A stretch of DNA of 62,031 nt, filler included, from Sphacelaria rigidula (GCA_964200075.2; 9 parts of 9 records of this genome joined end to end with filler, not necessarily neighbours in it), one strand, 5' to 3'; counted from the whole stretch's first letter, positions 26,731 to 39,700 are shown. Made by a program: numbers and translations. The notes: generated by a model not told the origin, from the sequence alone.

Positions 26731-27154
26731 CAGCCGATCATCGAAGTTGCGGATGGAGCTTTTCGTTGAGGATGAGAACATGGAGGATTAATATCTTCGT
26801 ATCCTCACCCAAGCTTCGAAATATGGGTATATTCCTTCACCTACTGGTAGCTATCGACAACTGCTACACGTCATACAAACTTGTATTTCGATAACCGAAA
26901 TGTTGGGGTCCTAGGTAAAGAAACAGCTTTGGGGAATTGAGGCGATGCGATCGGATCGCCGAAAATTCCCGATATTGGTTTTTCATCTAGAACCCCAACA
27001 TTTGGGTTATCGAAATCCAAATTGGTATGACGTGTAGCAGTAGTCGATAGCTACCAGTAGATGAAGGAATATAACCATATTTCGAAGCTTTGGCGTGGAT
27101 ACGAAGATTCCAATCCTCTGGATTGTCATCCTCAATGGAAATCTCCATCCTCAG
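26731..27154. mobile_element. Fold-back MITE (about 420-bp palindrome)
   Basis: Arms of about 200 bp centred near 26950; second copy at 37620; both start CAGCCG.TCATCGAA. Confidence 0.85.
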
Positions 27155-27516
27155 TGTTCAAAACTCAAAAGGAAGCGAAAAAGATGATACAGCAGAACAA
27201 GAAGGGAGTATGAGAAGATGTAGCGAAAAAACAAATGAAGATTTCGATGGCGGGATGAAACACATGTGGAAAGGAGCAAAAGGGATAACGGAAAACCGGG
27301 CAGGAAAAATGGACAAAGGAATAGCTACATCCCGGGCACAGAATGGTAAAATGGTCAGCGGTTTGAAGGGGAAGAAAGAAGTGCTAGTCGAGCACTACTA
27401 ACAACGTTTTCGTGGGATTGAGAGTAGATCTTCGATCGAGAGTGGCTTTGATCATTCGCTTTAATTGAGTCATTTTTATATTCCACGTGTGCTTTTCTTT
27501 ATTTCCATCACATGCG

Positions 27517-27616
27517 NNNNNNNNNNNNNNNNNNNNNNNNNNNNNNNNNNNNNNNNNNNNTTAATTAATTAANNNNNNNNNNNNNNNNNNNNNNNNNNNN
27601 NNNNNNNNNNNNNNNN
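27517..27616. other. Artificial contig linker
   Basis: N-TTAATTAATTAA-N. Confidence 0.98.
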
Positions 27617-27722
27617 GGATGCCCTTGTCCCCTGGTCATCATCCAGGATCCACTATATACTCAATCGTGATGGCGTGATTTCGCCACAAGCTGCTGCCCC
27701 CCGCGGTCGCCATGCAGGGCGA

Positions 27723-27723
<1 letters not shown>

Positions 27724-27774
<51 letters not shown>

Positions 27775-27793
27775 CTGTGGGTGTGTGTGTGTG
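27724..27793. repeat. (GT)n microsatellite
   Basis: Direct reading. Confidence 0.95.
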
Positions 27794-27958
27794 GTGGCTA
27801 TGATGCGGATGACTTCTGATGCAGCCATGCTGATGTTTACAAAAGCAAATCCAAGGCTACACGAAACGGAACATAGGTGTGTGCACATCTAACCGTCGTC
27901 ACGTACGTGCAATATCAATGTGCATGAGCATCGGAACAGAAACAACTCCAAGATCGGC

Positions 27959-28403
27959 GTAGCTCCCGCAGCTCTTGAGTTCAACCAGGCCAATCATACG
28001 TAGCTCATGCAGCTCTCATAGCTCATCCAGGGCAAACATGCGTAGCTCATGCAGCTCTCATAGCTCATCCGGGGCGAATCTGAGCTGATAAGCCATGGGT
28101 TGGTAGCTTGTCCAGGGCAGACATACGTAGCTCATGCAGCTCTCATAGCCCACCCAGGACGAATATGAGCTGATGAGCTACGGGTTGGTAGCTCACCTAT
28201 GGCAAACGTGTGTAGCTCATACAGCTCCCATAGGTCACCCAGGATGAGTTTGAGCTGATGAGCTACGGGTCGGCAGCTCACGCAAGGCAAACATGTGTAG
28301 CTCATACAGCTCTCGTAGCCCACCCAGGGAAAACATACGTAGCTCATACAGCTCTCATTGCTTACTAGGGAGATACGCAAAAAAAGGGCTAGCTCGAGCT
28401 ACG
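27959..28403. repeat. Minisatellite built on GTAGCTCAT.CAGCTC units with inverted sub-units
   Basis: Roughly 40-bp units alternate with GAGCTGATGAGCTAC, the near reverse complement. Confidence 0.85.
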
Positions 28404-29199
28404 GGGAGTTGATCTGTCCGACATGTGCAATCCTTGGTTCACCTAGCGAAGCAAGGGATTATTTTGTTCAATACTGTAGTGTTTCCCCCACTGTTGAAAA
28501 GGCTCGTCTTGAATAAGAGTAGACGGACCTGGAGATGGGTGTGGGTGAATCACCACTTGTTTTCTTAAGCAGAGCAAATACCATAAGGCACGAAAGGCAT
28601 CAGTATGGTACTGTGGTGTCGGAGTTTGACGCCAACAGGCACCATGCGCGCAGGCTGTCTTCAGAGTACAAGATTCAAAGGGGCATGTTGCTTGCGATAC
28701 CCGAGATTGATACTTCAACTTTAGCACGTACAGTAAAAACTGTGCGCCGAACTCGAGTTGTCTAAGAGCAGAATAGGATCGCCGAAAAATGATGCTATTT
28801 TTTCCGCAGTTCATATTGTCTCTCACAGTGACGCACCGGTTGGACGACGAAACGTTATGGGGGGGCAGAAGGCGACACCTAGATGAGTGCAGCACCGATC
28901 ACCACCACTGCCACAATCGTCATTCCGTAACCCGAAATTCGACAATAAGCAGCAACACACACCGTGCTCGCACAATCAATGCAAAGAGTGCTGCTCGAAT
29001 CGTAGTGGGTATCATTTCTCAGACCGAGACCCGACGACTTCTTCACCCCCACGCCGGTACCGCGGTTCGTCTTATCAAGACCATTTCCCGCAACATCATT
29101 CCCAACCAACTCCTTCCTCACCACCATGACAATACCGTAACTCCTCCCATCAATACTCATCATGCAATTCACGCCACTGTAATGAATTCTATGATGAGG

Positions 29200-30431
29200 A
29201 TGTTGATTCCCACGCACAAAGTGACGGGCGAAGGAATGTTGATCGCTGACAAGGCAATCGGAATTCCAGACGCCCGGGATAGCGTTCCCTACATCACGGG
29301 GAAAACCACCGCCTCGTGATTACTTCTCCAGCAGCTCCCACTGTCATGCGGATTGTGTGCAGCGATCCGAGGATTCCGTCACTGGTGACAACTTCGTCCC
29401 ACGAGACGGTAATACCTTTGATAATGCAGGATTCGCCCGTTCTGTGCAACTTCCGCCTCCGTACCCTCGCCATCACCAACAACATCCTCCTCAATTCACT
29501 TACCAACCTCCTCCACCAACAGCCTACTACCCACAACCCTCTTTCCAATACTATCAACCACCGCAGCAGCAACAACAACACCCTCATTACTATCCTACTC
29601 AGCAATACGCCCCACATCACCAACAACACCAGGCTGCAGCCCCACCTCACGACCCGTATCAGCAGCATCATCAGCCGGCAGTCCCCCCCCCACCAGTTCA
29701 ACACCACCTGCCGATGCGTCACAACAGTCGGAGCATCTGCAGCTGTTTATGGCACGTCCCATGCCTAAAGACGAGTCTCGTTTTCGGCTTGGCAGTCTTG
29801 ATTTGCGTGTATCATGTGCTGCATAGTGGGACTGCATCAACTAAGGGCGACAGTGCGGAGAAATAGAGTGCGGATACGGGTGCTTCACACCACATCGCAG
29901 GGAATGTGGGTGACGTTTTTTATTCACGACCCCCTCCTCAAGGTATCGAGAACGTTACGATGGGTGACGGGACCAGATTCCCAGTCAAGGCAGTAGGTAG
30001 TCTGAATTTAAGATTCCACATGAGATCTTCAGATTTTCCTGCTCCCTCCACAGACTTTTCTGTCCAGCTGACTGATGTTTAGATCGTAGAAGGTGTCAAG
30101 TTTAAAATTTACTCCGTTCATCACGTGCAGAAGCGACATTATACCGTTCTGAAGTCGACTGGGGTACATATATTTAATGGCAGGTTACGTTTTGACCTTA
30201 CTTTGCGATCTTCATCGCAGATGGGGAGTCCATTTCCGCCCAGAACATGAGTAGCAGGTTTGCGCCGGCATCCCAAAACATAGCACGCATGCCTGATGCA
30301 ATGCTTGGCATATTGATCCCTGGAAAGCTCGTGTGTTGAGAGCTTTTAACCGACGAACCTTTCTCAAACAACGCGAATATTTTGTCTCTCGTTGAAATCG
30401 AGTCAACTACCAGACACTGCACGCTGTTGTT
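29200..30431 (+). mobile_element. Ty1/copia gag-protease remnant, truncated at the gypsy LTR
   Basis: ADTGASHHIAG at about 29870, then GDGT..PV..VG.L.L and V.LTDV..V.G; upstream Gln/Pro/His-rich gag-like tail. Confidence 0.65.
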
Positions 30432-30792
30432 TGTGGCGAAATTACGCCGTTGCGTTGAGTTGGTAGTGACGATCTGGATAATGATCGGTGACACGGGAAT
30501 TCTGGTTGATTTCAGGAGGATTCTGGATAATGACCGGGGACACGGGGATGATACTCTTGCGAGTTTATGAGGCTGTGCCTGCAAGGGCACTCCGGATAAT
30601 GAAATGTTGTGAAGGCTGACAACTGAAATGGAGGCCAGTGCGACTGAGGGGTCCCTCAAACAGCAGTGATCCAGCAGTTCTTCTTCTGGCTGGGGTCATA
30701 ATATCAATATTAGTGCCAGTACCTAACGGAACCTGCTGGAAGAATTTCGGTGGAAGAGTCTGGAAGCTGGGGACAACCTGATTGATTCATCA
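30432..30792 (+). repeat. LTR (TGTGGCG...CATCA)
   Basis: Aligns with the two other copies; TG...CA ends. Confidence 0.75.
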
Positions 30793-33700
30793 CGGACGCG
30801 TGGAGGGGATTCAAGCTGAGGTAGCTGCAGGAAGGCGGCTGGCCTGTGATTGATCTAGACTGGAGACTTGCTGAAGCTGCGTGCAGCGGAGTTTGGAGGC
30901 TCCTACGACTGCATGGTGCGGCGACGCAGGAAGGGTGAAGTGTGCAATCCGCGACGGTCCGTTGGCCTGCGAAAGGTTTGCAGGTAGCCGGCTGCTGCTA
31001 TGGCGACCGGCTCGCGTGCTGCGTCCAGCGTGACGCCCGTGGTTATGCGGGAAGAGTTGCGACCTCCCCAATACGGGGTTAGGTACTCCGACTGCATCAC
31101 TTTCTAAACCAAGTACATGAAGTACAAGAACGTGTGAAGCACGCTAACGCAAGGGGTGCTGTGCGATAGCAGGTGGTGTCGATGACTCAACAAGTGCCAG
31201 CGCATGTGCAGAAAGTTCTCGCTCGTGTGGGACGTGATGAGAGCACAGTCATCTCGCCGCAACCAATTGCGGCGATCAAAAAGTATGCTGGGCATGCGGC
31301 GGGCGCCGAGGTGGAGCTGACCCAAGCATCCGCGGCCGTGGCGAAAGCTGTCGCCATGGATTCTCAGGCAAAGACGGTGCCAGAGTGGGTGGAGCCAATC
31401 TTGTCAAATCTGGAGAAGTACTTGACGGAATATCCGAACGTTGAACTCGTATATCGTTCCCCCGATTGTAAGTTTATTCCCGTTCCTGCTGCACTAATCA
31501 CGAAGGCTTTGGTGGAAGGGTTGGTGCCGGAAAAAATTCAAGCAAGCTGTGCTCGTCAAGTTGAAGCACGAGACCAACTGGAAGGCCGCCCCCTACCTTG
31601 CAATGGACACCGTCGTGGCCGAGGCCAAGAAGTAGCGGACGATAGAGGTGTTGAGCCAGTCGTCCACCTCCTCGCCGATGTATTTGCGCCACCACGGCTC
31701 GGAACGGGCCGGCCGCACCGCGACCATCACTTGCCACCGCTATGGCCAGGTCGGCCATTACGCGCGCGATTGCCCAATGTCTTCCGGTGGGGAGTCTGGG
31801 CAGTCTCATGCCGCGCGCCATCAGCATCGTCAGCTCAAGTGCAAAGAACGAGGTGATCGGGGTGGTGGAAGCGACGGATCCTCCGGCGGTGGAGGGTCGC
31901 AGTCGAGTTCTCAGCAGCAGAAGCAGCAGCAGCAGCAGCAGGGGTAGGGGCAACGGCGTCAGCATGGGTCTGGTTCTGGGTCCGGCGTCGCCGTAGGTGC
32001 TGCTGCTCCACAACGGGCGGTGCATGTGGGACCAACTTCTACAGTGCCGAACACTGCGATGGCGCCGGTGGTGGCGCCGGTGGCGACGCCGGCAGCATCG
32101 CCAGGTGCGACGCCTGCTGATGCGCTGGTCGGAGGTTCGCCAAATTCTTGGTTTGCTGGCTGGGGGTCGTACCCGCCGGCGGTGCCGTTTGAACCTGCCC
32201 GAGTGTCTTCGCCTGCGCAGCCGTGGCGTCAAGTGGGATTAGCGGCGCACCGTTCGGCGGATGAAGTGCCAGTGGAGTTTACGGACAAGTACGTTCCTGA
32301 GGAGCTGTGTCTTCCAAATCAACCGGAGCGTGGAGCCATTGCGGTTCGGGCTTTGTTGGATTCTGCCGCCCACTTCACGAGTCTGCCGGTGCAGATTGTA
32401 GAGATGATGAAGCGTTTTCTCCTGGGTGTGCCGCTGCGCATTCCGTTTGCGCTCGGGGCGCGGCAGGCCGTTGCCACGTCGGGTCAGCACGTTTCCGTCA
32501 AGGAGCGCACTGTTCCACTGCGGCTTTCACGACTTCCTGGGGACCGGCGCCGTTACCGCCGATTTCGTTTGCGATCATGCCGGGGTCGGATGGCGTCATT
32601 CTTCTGGGGTTGCCGACGCTTCAGGATCTTGGAGTCGCCCCGTATAAACGGTTGTGGGACTCCATGAAGACGCGGATGTCTCCGCCTGATCCGCACGTGG
32701 AGACGCCCGCCTTTTGGGGCAGTCGTCGCGTGAGCTTGTCGGTGGATACTTTTTAGGAGGCTGGGGGGCAAACGACCGAGGAACGGGATGAGGCGGTGGA
32801 ACGCTTGGTGAAGCGCGGCCCGGAGATGTTCATGGATGCGGCGGAAGAGGCGTCCGCTCGGAAGATCGCGCTGGAGGAGAGCGTGACGGACGCTGTGACG
32901 AAAGGCCTCAGCGTCTCAAAAGCAGAGCGCCTGCGCGGCATCTTGCAACGCCGCGTCAACGCGTTTCGTCGTGCGCTGCGGGGTGATCCCCCTGCGCGAG
33001 TGAAGCCCATGCGTGTTCAGCTGAGACCTGGGGCGTCCGCGGTGAAGATGAAGCCGCGGCGGTACGATCCGGTGAAGCCGAGTTGGTTGGCGTCGTGCAT
33101 GGCGACTCTTTAGCGCTCGGGTTAGTGTTTCGGAACTTGCAGGCGGTGTGGTCCAGTCTGGCTATGGCGGTTCCCAAGAAATACTCGTTACGCCTGGTGA
33201 GCGACTACAAGGCCATGAATGAGCAGGTTGAGAAGTCGCCGCGTGTGATGCCCAACCAAGAGTCGGACATGCGTGATCTGTTGAGCGCTCGTTTGTTGGC
33301 AAGTTGAACCTCCTCCTAGGTTACTGGCAGATGCCGTTGGCGGAGGAGGCGCAGGAGATTTTCACCATCACGACATCGTTTGGCTTGTTTACCTCGAAGC
33401 GAGTGCCGCAAGGCGTGCTGAATGCCACGGCATATTTATAAGGCATCATAGCAGAACTTCTCGTCGGCGTAAAATGCAAGATATGCGTGGATGATGTGTT
33501 TTTTTCGCGGACACGGAAGACCAAATTTTAGACACGGTTGATGCTATCTTGACTCGTTTTGAATGTGTTGGTTTGTTTGCGGCTGCGCATAAGTGTACCT
33601 TCTCCGCTAGTGAACTCATGCGGTGTGGGAAAGTGTACTCACACGGACGCGTATCTCATGACCCTGTCAGATTGGAAGGCTTGTCTGACATGCGGCGCCC

Positions 33701-34150
33701 GGAGACGACCGCAGAACTCATACAATTCCTTCAGGCCGTGAATTGGCTGTGTACCTCGTTGCCGCGTAAGACAGAAACCGTAGCTCCCTTGCGTTTTTTC
33801 CTCGAAGAACTCATGGCGGATGCTGCGAGGTGGGCAAAGCGTGTGACACAAAATCGTGGACGGAGGGTAGGCTGCTGGCGTGGGCGGCAGCGAAGAATCT
33901 GGTGGCCCATGCCGTGACGCTCTCCCATCCTCGTCCTGATTGTCTGGTGTTGATGTTTCCGGGTGCTTCTGAGTGCCATTGGGGTAGTTTATCACGCAGG
34001 TGCCTGAAGTTGAAATGTAATTACGCTTGCCGCTCGAGGATATGACGCATAAACCGCTGGCTTTCCTCAGTGGTAGTTTCAAGGGTTCGCAGTTGCGTTG
34101 GGCTACAATTGATAAGGAAGGTTTTGCTATCGTAAGCACTTTTTGTCGTT
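30432..34150 (+). mobile_element. Decayed Ty3/gypsy element (5' LTR, gag, protease, RT, RNase H)
   Basis: CHRYGQVGHYARDC; LLDSAAHFT; LRLVSDY, GYWQ, VPQGVLNA, VDD; RNaseH KPLAFLSG..F...Q.RW.TIDKEGFA. Confidence 0.92.
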
Positions 34151-34419
34151 CGGAGCATCACTTAACAGTGGATCGTAGAAAATGATGACTAATGCCGAGA
34201 TAGTCCCCCCACAAGAAGTGCAGCGGAGACCGTCCGACAAACCGGCTGCGATCCCACTCTTGGGCTCCTTTGCAGCAATTTCGTCCACATGAGAGACGTG
34301 TAGCAGTCCGAAATCAGCGATAACGCCCGAATGAGTCCCGTCGTGCAGCACGAAATCAGCTCTAAAGGCAATTATGATCATCGCCTCCGTGCACTTTTTT
34401 GGCCGGTTCGGGGGGGGCT

Positions 34420-34519
34420 NNNNNNNNNNNNNNNNNNNNNNNNNNNNNNNNNNNNNNNNNNNNTTAATTAATTAANNNNNNNNNNNNNNNNNNNNNNNNN
34501 NNNNNNNNNNNNNNNNNNN
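34420..34519. other. Artificial contig linker
   Basis: N-TTAATTAATTAA-N. Confidence 0.98.
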
Positions 34520-35952
34520 ATGTATAGTAATTCCTATCCCTAGCGGAGATACCGTCCACACTAAAATCTATATAAAACCCCGAACGATCGACCAAGCAGA
34601 TGATGACGATTTTTGGTGTGGACCTTCCCTGGAGCACGGGGAGACGATAGATACCCTCTTTTTCACCTAGTTCGTTATCTATTTCGAGAATGGCGCACAG
34701 AAGGTTCCATACTAGAATCAGTATATTACCACCAGAGGCACTACTAGATGACCTAAATCTGGATATCGTGTCTCCAAGTTCAAGAGTTGTGCTATGAAAT
34801 TTGGTATGGAGAACCGCTAGTGCATAATGAAATATAAAACACAGCTTCTTTTGGGGGGGGGGGGTCGTTTTTTTCTCATATTTTATCGTGTTTTTAGGGG
34901 GTTTTGAGGAAAAATGAACATTGCTCTTGTGTGGAAGTATAAGCAACTACCGCAAGCAGTAGCGCCGTATACCCCGAACGCAAGCTAGCCACACCCTTGT
35001 GGGGTGTAGACTGGCGGTCCTGTTTCCGACTTGCTACACTCAAAGTATATGTTTTTCTCCCACAAAGGCACTCGCCAACAGTAGACAGCTGTAGTTGAAA
35101 GTAAGCACTGAGCTCTTTCTGAAAAGGAAACACCACTGTGATATCAAGGGGTTATATTACTTGTGACTTACTCGTGTTATAGCTCGTCACAGCTTGCCGG
35201 CAGAAGGGGAGGCGTCGCGCAGAACAGATCAAAAGCTGATGGTCCTTCTTGTGATTAGTTCTACGGTAGCTGTTCCTGACGATGGGTCGCAAGTGGCTGC
35301 GTGAGCGATGCGGCACACGATTACCCTCAAAAACTCCTAGCTACGCATACAATCTTGTCATATACATATCAGCATGCATGACGCACTGTACCTCAAGCCA
35401 ATCAAAGCTGTAGTAGCAGCAGGTACACGCGGCTAATCGGGTACAATCCTTTTGCCTTCAACCCGCTGTGGCAACAATACAAGGATCGAATCCTGCCTTA
35501 TACAAACACACATTCGACTAGAATCCTTCCATACCCGCTGGTCGTTTCTAGGGACCATCTGCATATCCACAAGAAACCAGTTTTAATTCAGACACTCGTT
35601 TACCATCACACTTGGGCCTTATCTCAATTTTTCAGCTCAATTTTTAGAACTTTGATTTGAAACTTGGCATGGAGAACGACAGAGGTATGCTAAATAAAAA
35701 GAAAAATGGGCCTTCATTTTTCTATTTTTTCATGAGAGATTCGGCATTCTCGTAAAAAATGACCGTTACCATATTAAAGCATCCTCAATCAGTGAAAAAA
35801 GTAATAAAACCCAACCTCCCCCATTTTATTTGGTTCATCACGACCTAGCAAGGCCCCGCACAAAGTTTCAACCCACAAACACCAAACGTGGGCCGATAAA
35901 CGGCCTGCAAAATAATATTCCGAATTTCCGCCGCCTCGGTTTTTCAAACGTG

Positions 35953-36218
35953 AATTCGCAATTTTTTTCTTGGAGTTGAAAAGTGAAATTTGGTGTGGAC
36001 AATCAACAGGGCATGAAGAAAGGCTGTCTGTGAGGTCCCAACGATTTGTTTTTTCCGTGTATTAAGGGCAAAAATCAGTTTTGAGGTTTTAGTAAAATGC
36101 CGTCAACTCACCAAAACAAAACCGTTGGGACCTCACAGACAGCTTTTCTTCATGCCCTGTTGATTGTCCACCCATACCAAATTTCACTTTTGAAAATCCA
36201 AGAAAAAAAATGCGAATT
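35953..36218. repeat. Inverted repeat, about 100-bp arms with 60-bp spacer
   Basis: GTGGACAATCAACAGGGCATGAAGAAAGGCTGTCTGTGAGGTCCCAACG and its reverse complement at about 36123-36171. Confidence 0.85.
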
Positions 36219-37619
36219 TGCCTGCAAAGTACAAACCCGCTTGTAGGCTGGCCCAGCCTGTACCCGCTGGGAGTTTTGGTACTGGAACGAGTACACCAGT
36301 CACTCCACTACCTACCGTAAGGAGATGAATACCACTTGTTAATACAAAATAAGTTACGGGCAGACCTTCATTTTAGAGTAGAAGGCCCAGCCGAGATTAC
36401 TCCGGGCTCACCGCCGGAATCCAAGACGGCAACGTCCCAAACATCGAAATGAATTGAAATTGGAAGCGCCCTGGACACAGCGCAATCTATAACAAAAGGT
36501 ATGGATGGATTCTTATTTCCCCCCACATAGGTCGATATACCTTTTGCGGCGCACGTAACCGCAGGGTTATGACGAAGACCGAAGGTATCATCCAATCTAG
36601 ACTAAGGTGCAGGGTGCGCACTAGGTAATGTACATCTGATATAGCAAGCAATATGGGTCGCCGTAGAGAACTTTCAACGGGATGCGGCGACCGGCGGACC
36701 GCCCGCCACTTGTGGCTTTGGATGATATTATTGTCCCCATCAACTTGCCACAGAGCCCTTTGTGTTCGGGGTGGGCCGCGATTTTCCTCTTTGTTGCAAG
36801 TGGCAAATTCTCTTCGAATGGCATCAGCGTTGCGGCGCGCATACATTCAATATAGTACAGTAGAAAAGTACAGTACGCCTAGCTGACTGCAGCAGCAGCT
36901 GCCGCTGCATACTCCCTTGCACGTTCTGGGCAGTTCTCAGCTACCGAGATCATTACGTGTACAACAGTACGTATCAATTGTTCTCCCCTGTATTTCTTCT
37001 TCTCCTTCTCGTGCGGAAGGCGGTCCGCGTTTCGACCTGCGACAATACTTATACCCCCTTGCGCGTGACTGCCGCCCTCCTTGAAGTCGCTGGTCTGTTC
37101 GCGTGCTGTTTCACCGTCTCGGTATCACTTGTTTCTCACCCTAGCTTGTTAGATTGGAACGGCGTATGATGTCTCATAGTGCTCCTTTTCCATCATAACA
37201 AAGGAAAAGATTTTTTTTTTTTATTGGAAGCGCGATGCAAAGCAGGGCAATCTTTAAATCTAGCAACCTGAACTTCCGTTGGGCTGTGATGATATAGTAG
37301 CTAGTAATCAGTCTTCACTCTTAAGCATCGATTAACCCGTTCACGGCAGAAACAAGAGTATCCTAGGCCGTACAGACCAATACCCTGGGTGCTAGTGGAA
37401 AGACTCACATCACAAGGAAATAGCTGGTTAATACTTGCGCCCATGAGCCCAGAGTCGACGCTTTCATGTCGACTCCGTGGAACGTGGATGTTGCCGCCCA
37501 TCTACACAGCAGGGTTGAGCATTTCGCTGCTAGTGATTACATGCCAGAGCTGATCCTGCTGTCCCCAGCAACGACTGGAACGTTTCCCGTATACATAGCT
37601 ATGGGTGTCGCCTATTGAA

Positions 37620-37916
37620 CAGCCGGTCATCGAAATTGAGGATGAAGCTTTTCATCGAAGATGATAACCCGGAGGATTCAAATCTTCGTATCCACATCAA
37701 ATTCCTCGAAATATGGTACCATCCCTTCACCTACTGGTAGCTATTGACAACTGCCACACGCTTTACAAACTTGGATTTCGATAACCGAAATATTGGGGTC
37801 CTAGATGGAGAAACAACTTTGGGGAATTTCGTTGATCCGATCGAATCGCCGAAGTACCCCGAAGTTGGTTTTTCACCTAGACCCCAACATTTCGCTTATT
37901 GAAATCCATACTTGTA
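37620..37916. mobile_element. Truncated second copy of the fold-back MITE at 26731
   Basis: Colinear similarity from CAGCCGGTCATCGAA through the centre of symmetry. Confidence 0.8.
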
Positions 37917-37964
37917 ACAAAAAAAACAATAAAAAAGCAGGAAATATCGAAATATTTTGATATC

Positions 37965-39700
37965 TTACAAGGAATTGCACAAGGGTCTACGTTATCGCCC
38001 ACTTATTCAAGGTATTCATTGATGACTTGATAATAGCAATAGAAGCAGCAGATCAAGGAGTCGAGGTGGGTGAAGATGTGATATCAGGGTTGATGTTCGC
38101 AGATGATTTTGTGGGGATTTCAGGAACAGCAGAAGGATTACAAAAACAAATAGAACATGCTCTAGAATACACTAGGAAATGGAGAGTGACAGCGAATGCT
38201 AACGAATGCGCGGTACTCGTCCGTAACGAAGATAAGAAAAGTCAGGTAGAGTTCAAGTGGAAGTGGGGAAAAGAGGAACTGCCGATTGTAGACCAGTATA
38301 CATACCTTGGCGTAGACATCTCAAAACACTGTTCTTGGGATGCACACATAAACAAAGTAATAGAAAGGGGTAAGGCACAGATAGGAATCATGGGCGTGGT
38401 CCTCAGAGACTCGCCCCTAGACACTAGCATTGAGATGTATCCTGATGAACATGATCGTACCAAAGCTGGAATATGCAGGAGAAGGGTGGAAGGGGAACGT
38501 GAAGTTGGTGAAAAAGTTGGAAACAGTACAGATGGCAGCAGCTAAGAAGGTACCTGGATGCTCGAAAATGACGAGTAATACAGTTTTTAGAGCAGAGTTG
38601 GGAATGTACTCACTTAAAATAAAAAGAGACATGAGGAAATTGAGGTGGCAATATAGCTTGAACAACATGTAGAGAAAGAGGTTGCCAGCTATAATTGATA
38701 AGGTTGTATGGAAGAAAAGTACGAAAGGGCGTGTTATAAGGTGGAATAGAGGAGTCGAGAAAGTATGGAAGAAGACAAGAGGAAGCCAAGACGAAATACT
38801 GTCCATAGGTGAAGGCACGGGGTACAAGACAAAATGAAAAGACGTGATAGAAATAAGGGGAAAAGGAGTGCTGAGACGCAAAGTAGACGAGGAAGAATAT
38901 CTAGAGATATACGGGGGTTGAGAGAGGGGATCGGAATGAAAACGTATATATTATCGATCTGCATGACCCCATGGACGCGACGAAAAATCTCAAACTGCGA
39001 TTTCGGGTGGGGAACCTAGACCTACTAGAAAGAAGAGGTATACTCGTCGTCATGTGGAGGAAAAAGCAGATGCACGGAACTGCCTCTTGTTGTTGTTGTC
39101 TTCACATAAAAAACGTTTCGATATCCGCGCGGTACATTCGTATTGGGCATCTGATGCGGACGCCTTCCGTGGTCACAGGCTAGCAAAAAAAACAAAGAAA
39201 ACAAAATAGACCCAAATTGAAAACTCACAAAACGCGATACAAGCAAAAACAGGGATAAATAAGAAAGAAGAAAGAGAACACATATAGCTAACCTCTGTGG
39301 CAAGGTAATAGAAAGCGGAAGTAATATAGTGGCAGAATGTGAGCTATACAAGCAGGAACGGAATGTGCTAGCGGAGGAAATGCGGGACGTGAACGAAGGT
39401 AGCATGAAACCGTTTGATGTATTAGGCAGTAGCGAGTAAACGACGGCTATACTAGGAGATAGATGGTGGCCAGAGACGGCGAAACAGGACGGGGATAAGA
39501 TATGTAAAAGGTGTTGTTCAATATACGGTAGAAACGTAGTGAGCTATGGAAGAAACGTAATGAGCGCCGGAACGTTGGAGGTGTCTCTATTAGGAGTAGG
39601 AACGGTGCTCCGTCTTGAAAGGGATGCGCGGTCAATGGTCACACGACTAAGGCAAGCAACACATGAGCACGCCCCCCCCCTCCTCCCTCCCCCTCCCCCC
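37965..39700 (+). pseudogene. LINE C1 ORF2 3' half (reverse transcriptase, C-terminus, 3' tail)
   Basis: QGSTLSP, FIDDL, MFADDFVG, YTYLGV motifs; terminates ...CTAAGGCAAGCAAC.CATGAGCACGCCCCCCCC. Confidence 0.92.

Larger units (their letters stand above)
25478..27400 (+). pseudogene. LINE ORF2 5' part (APE endonuclease and tether) interrupted by two insertions
   Basis: KLRIVSWNV, GGVGLLV, GNIYMPP, VMLVGD..ARVG, VLDYIVV, TDHC motifs. Confidence 0.85.

Noticed and set aside
28168-28200. CTGATGA followed by a hairpin in the minisatellite (possible hammerhead)
   Set aside because: The hairpin is followed by TCAC, not the required GAAA.
27959-28403. CRISPR-like array
   Set aside because: The units are degenerate and the intervening sequences are themselves repeated; no cas genes; eukaryotic context.
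36368-36846. Overlapping minus-strand ORFs as a gene
   Set aside because: No recognisable motif or splice structure; cannot be supported from the sequence alone.
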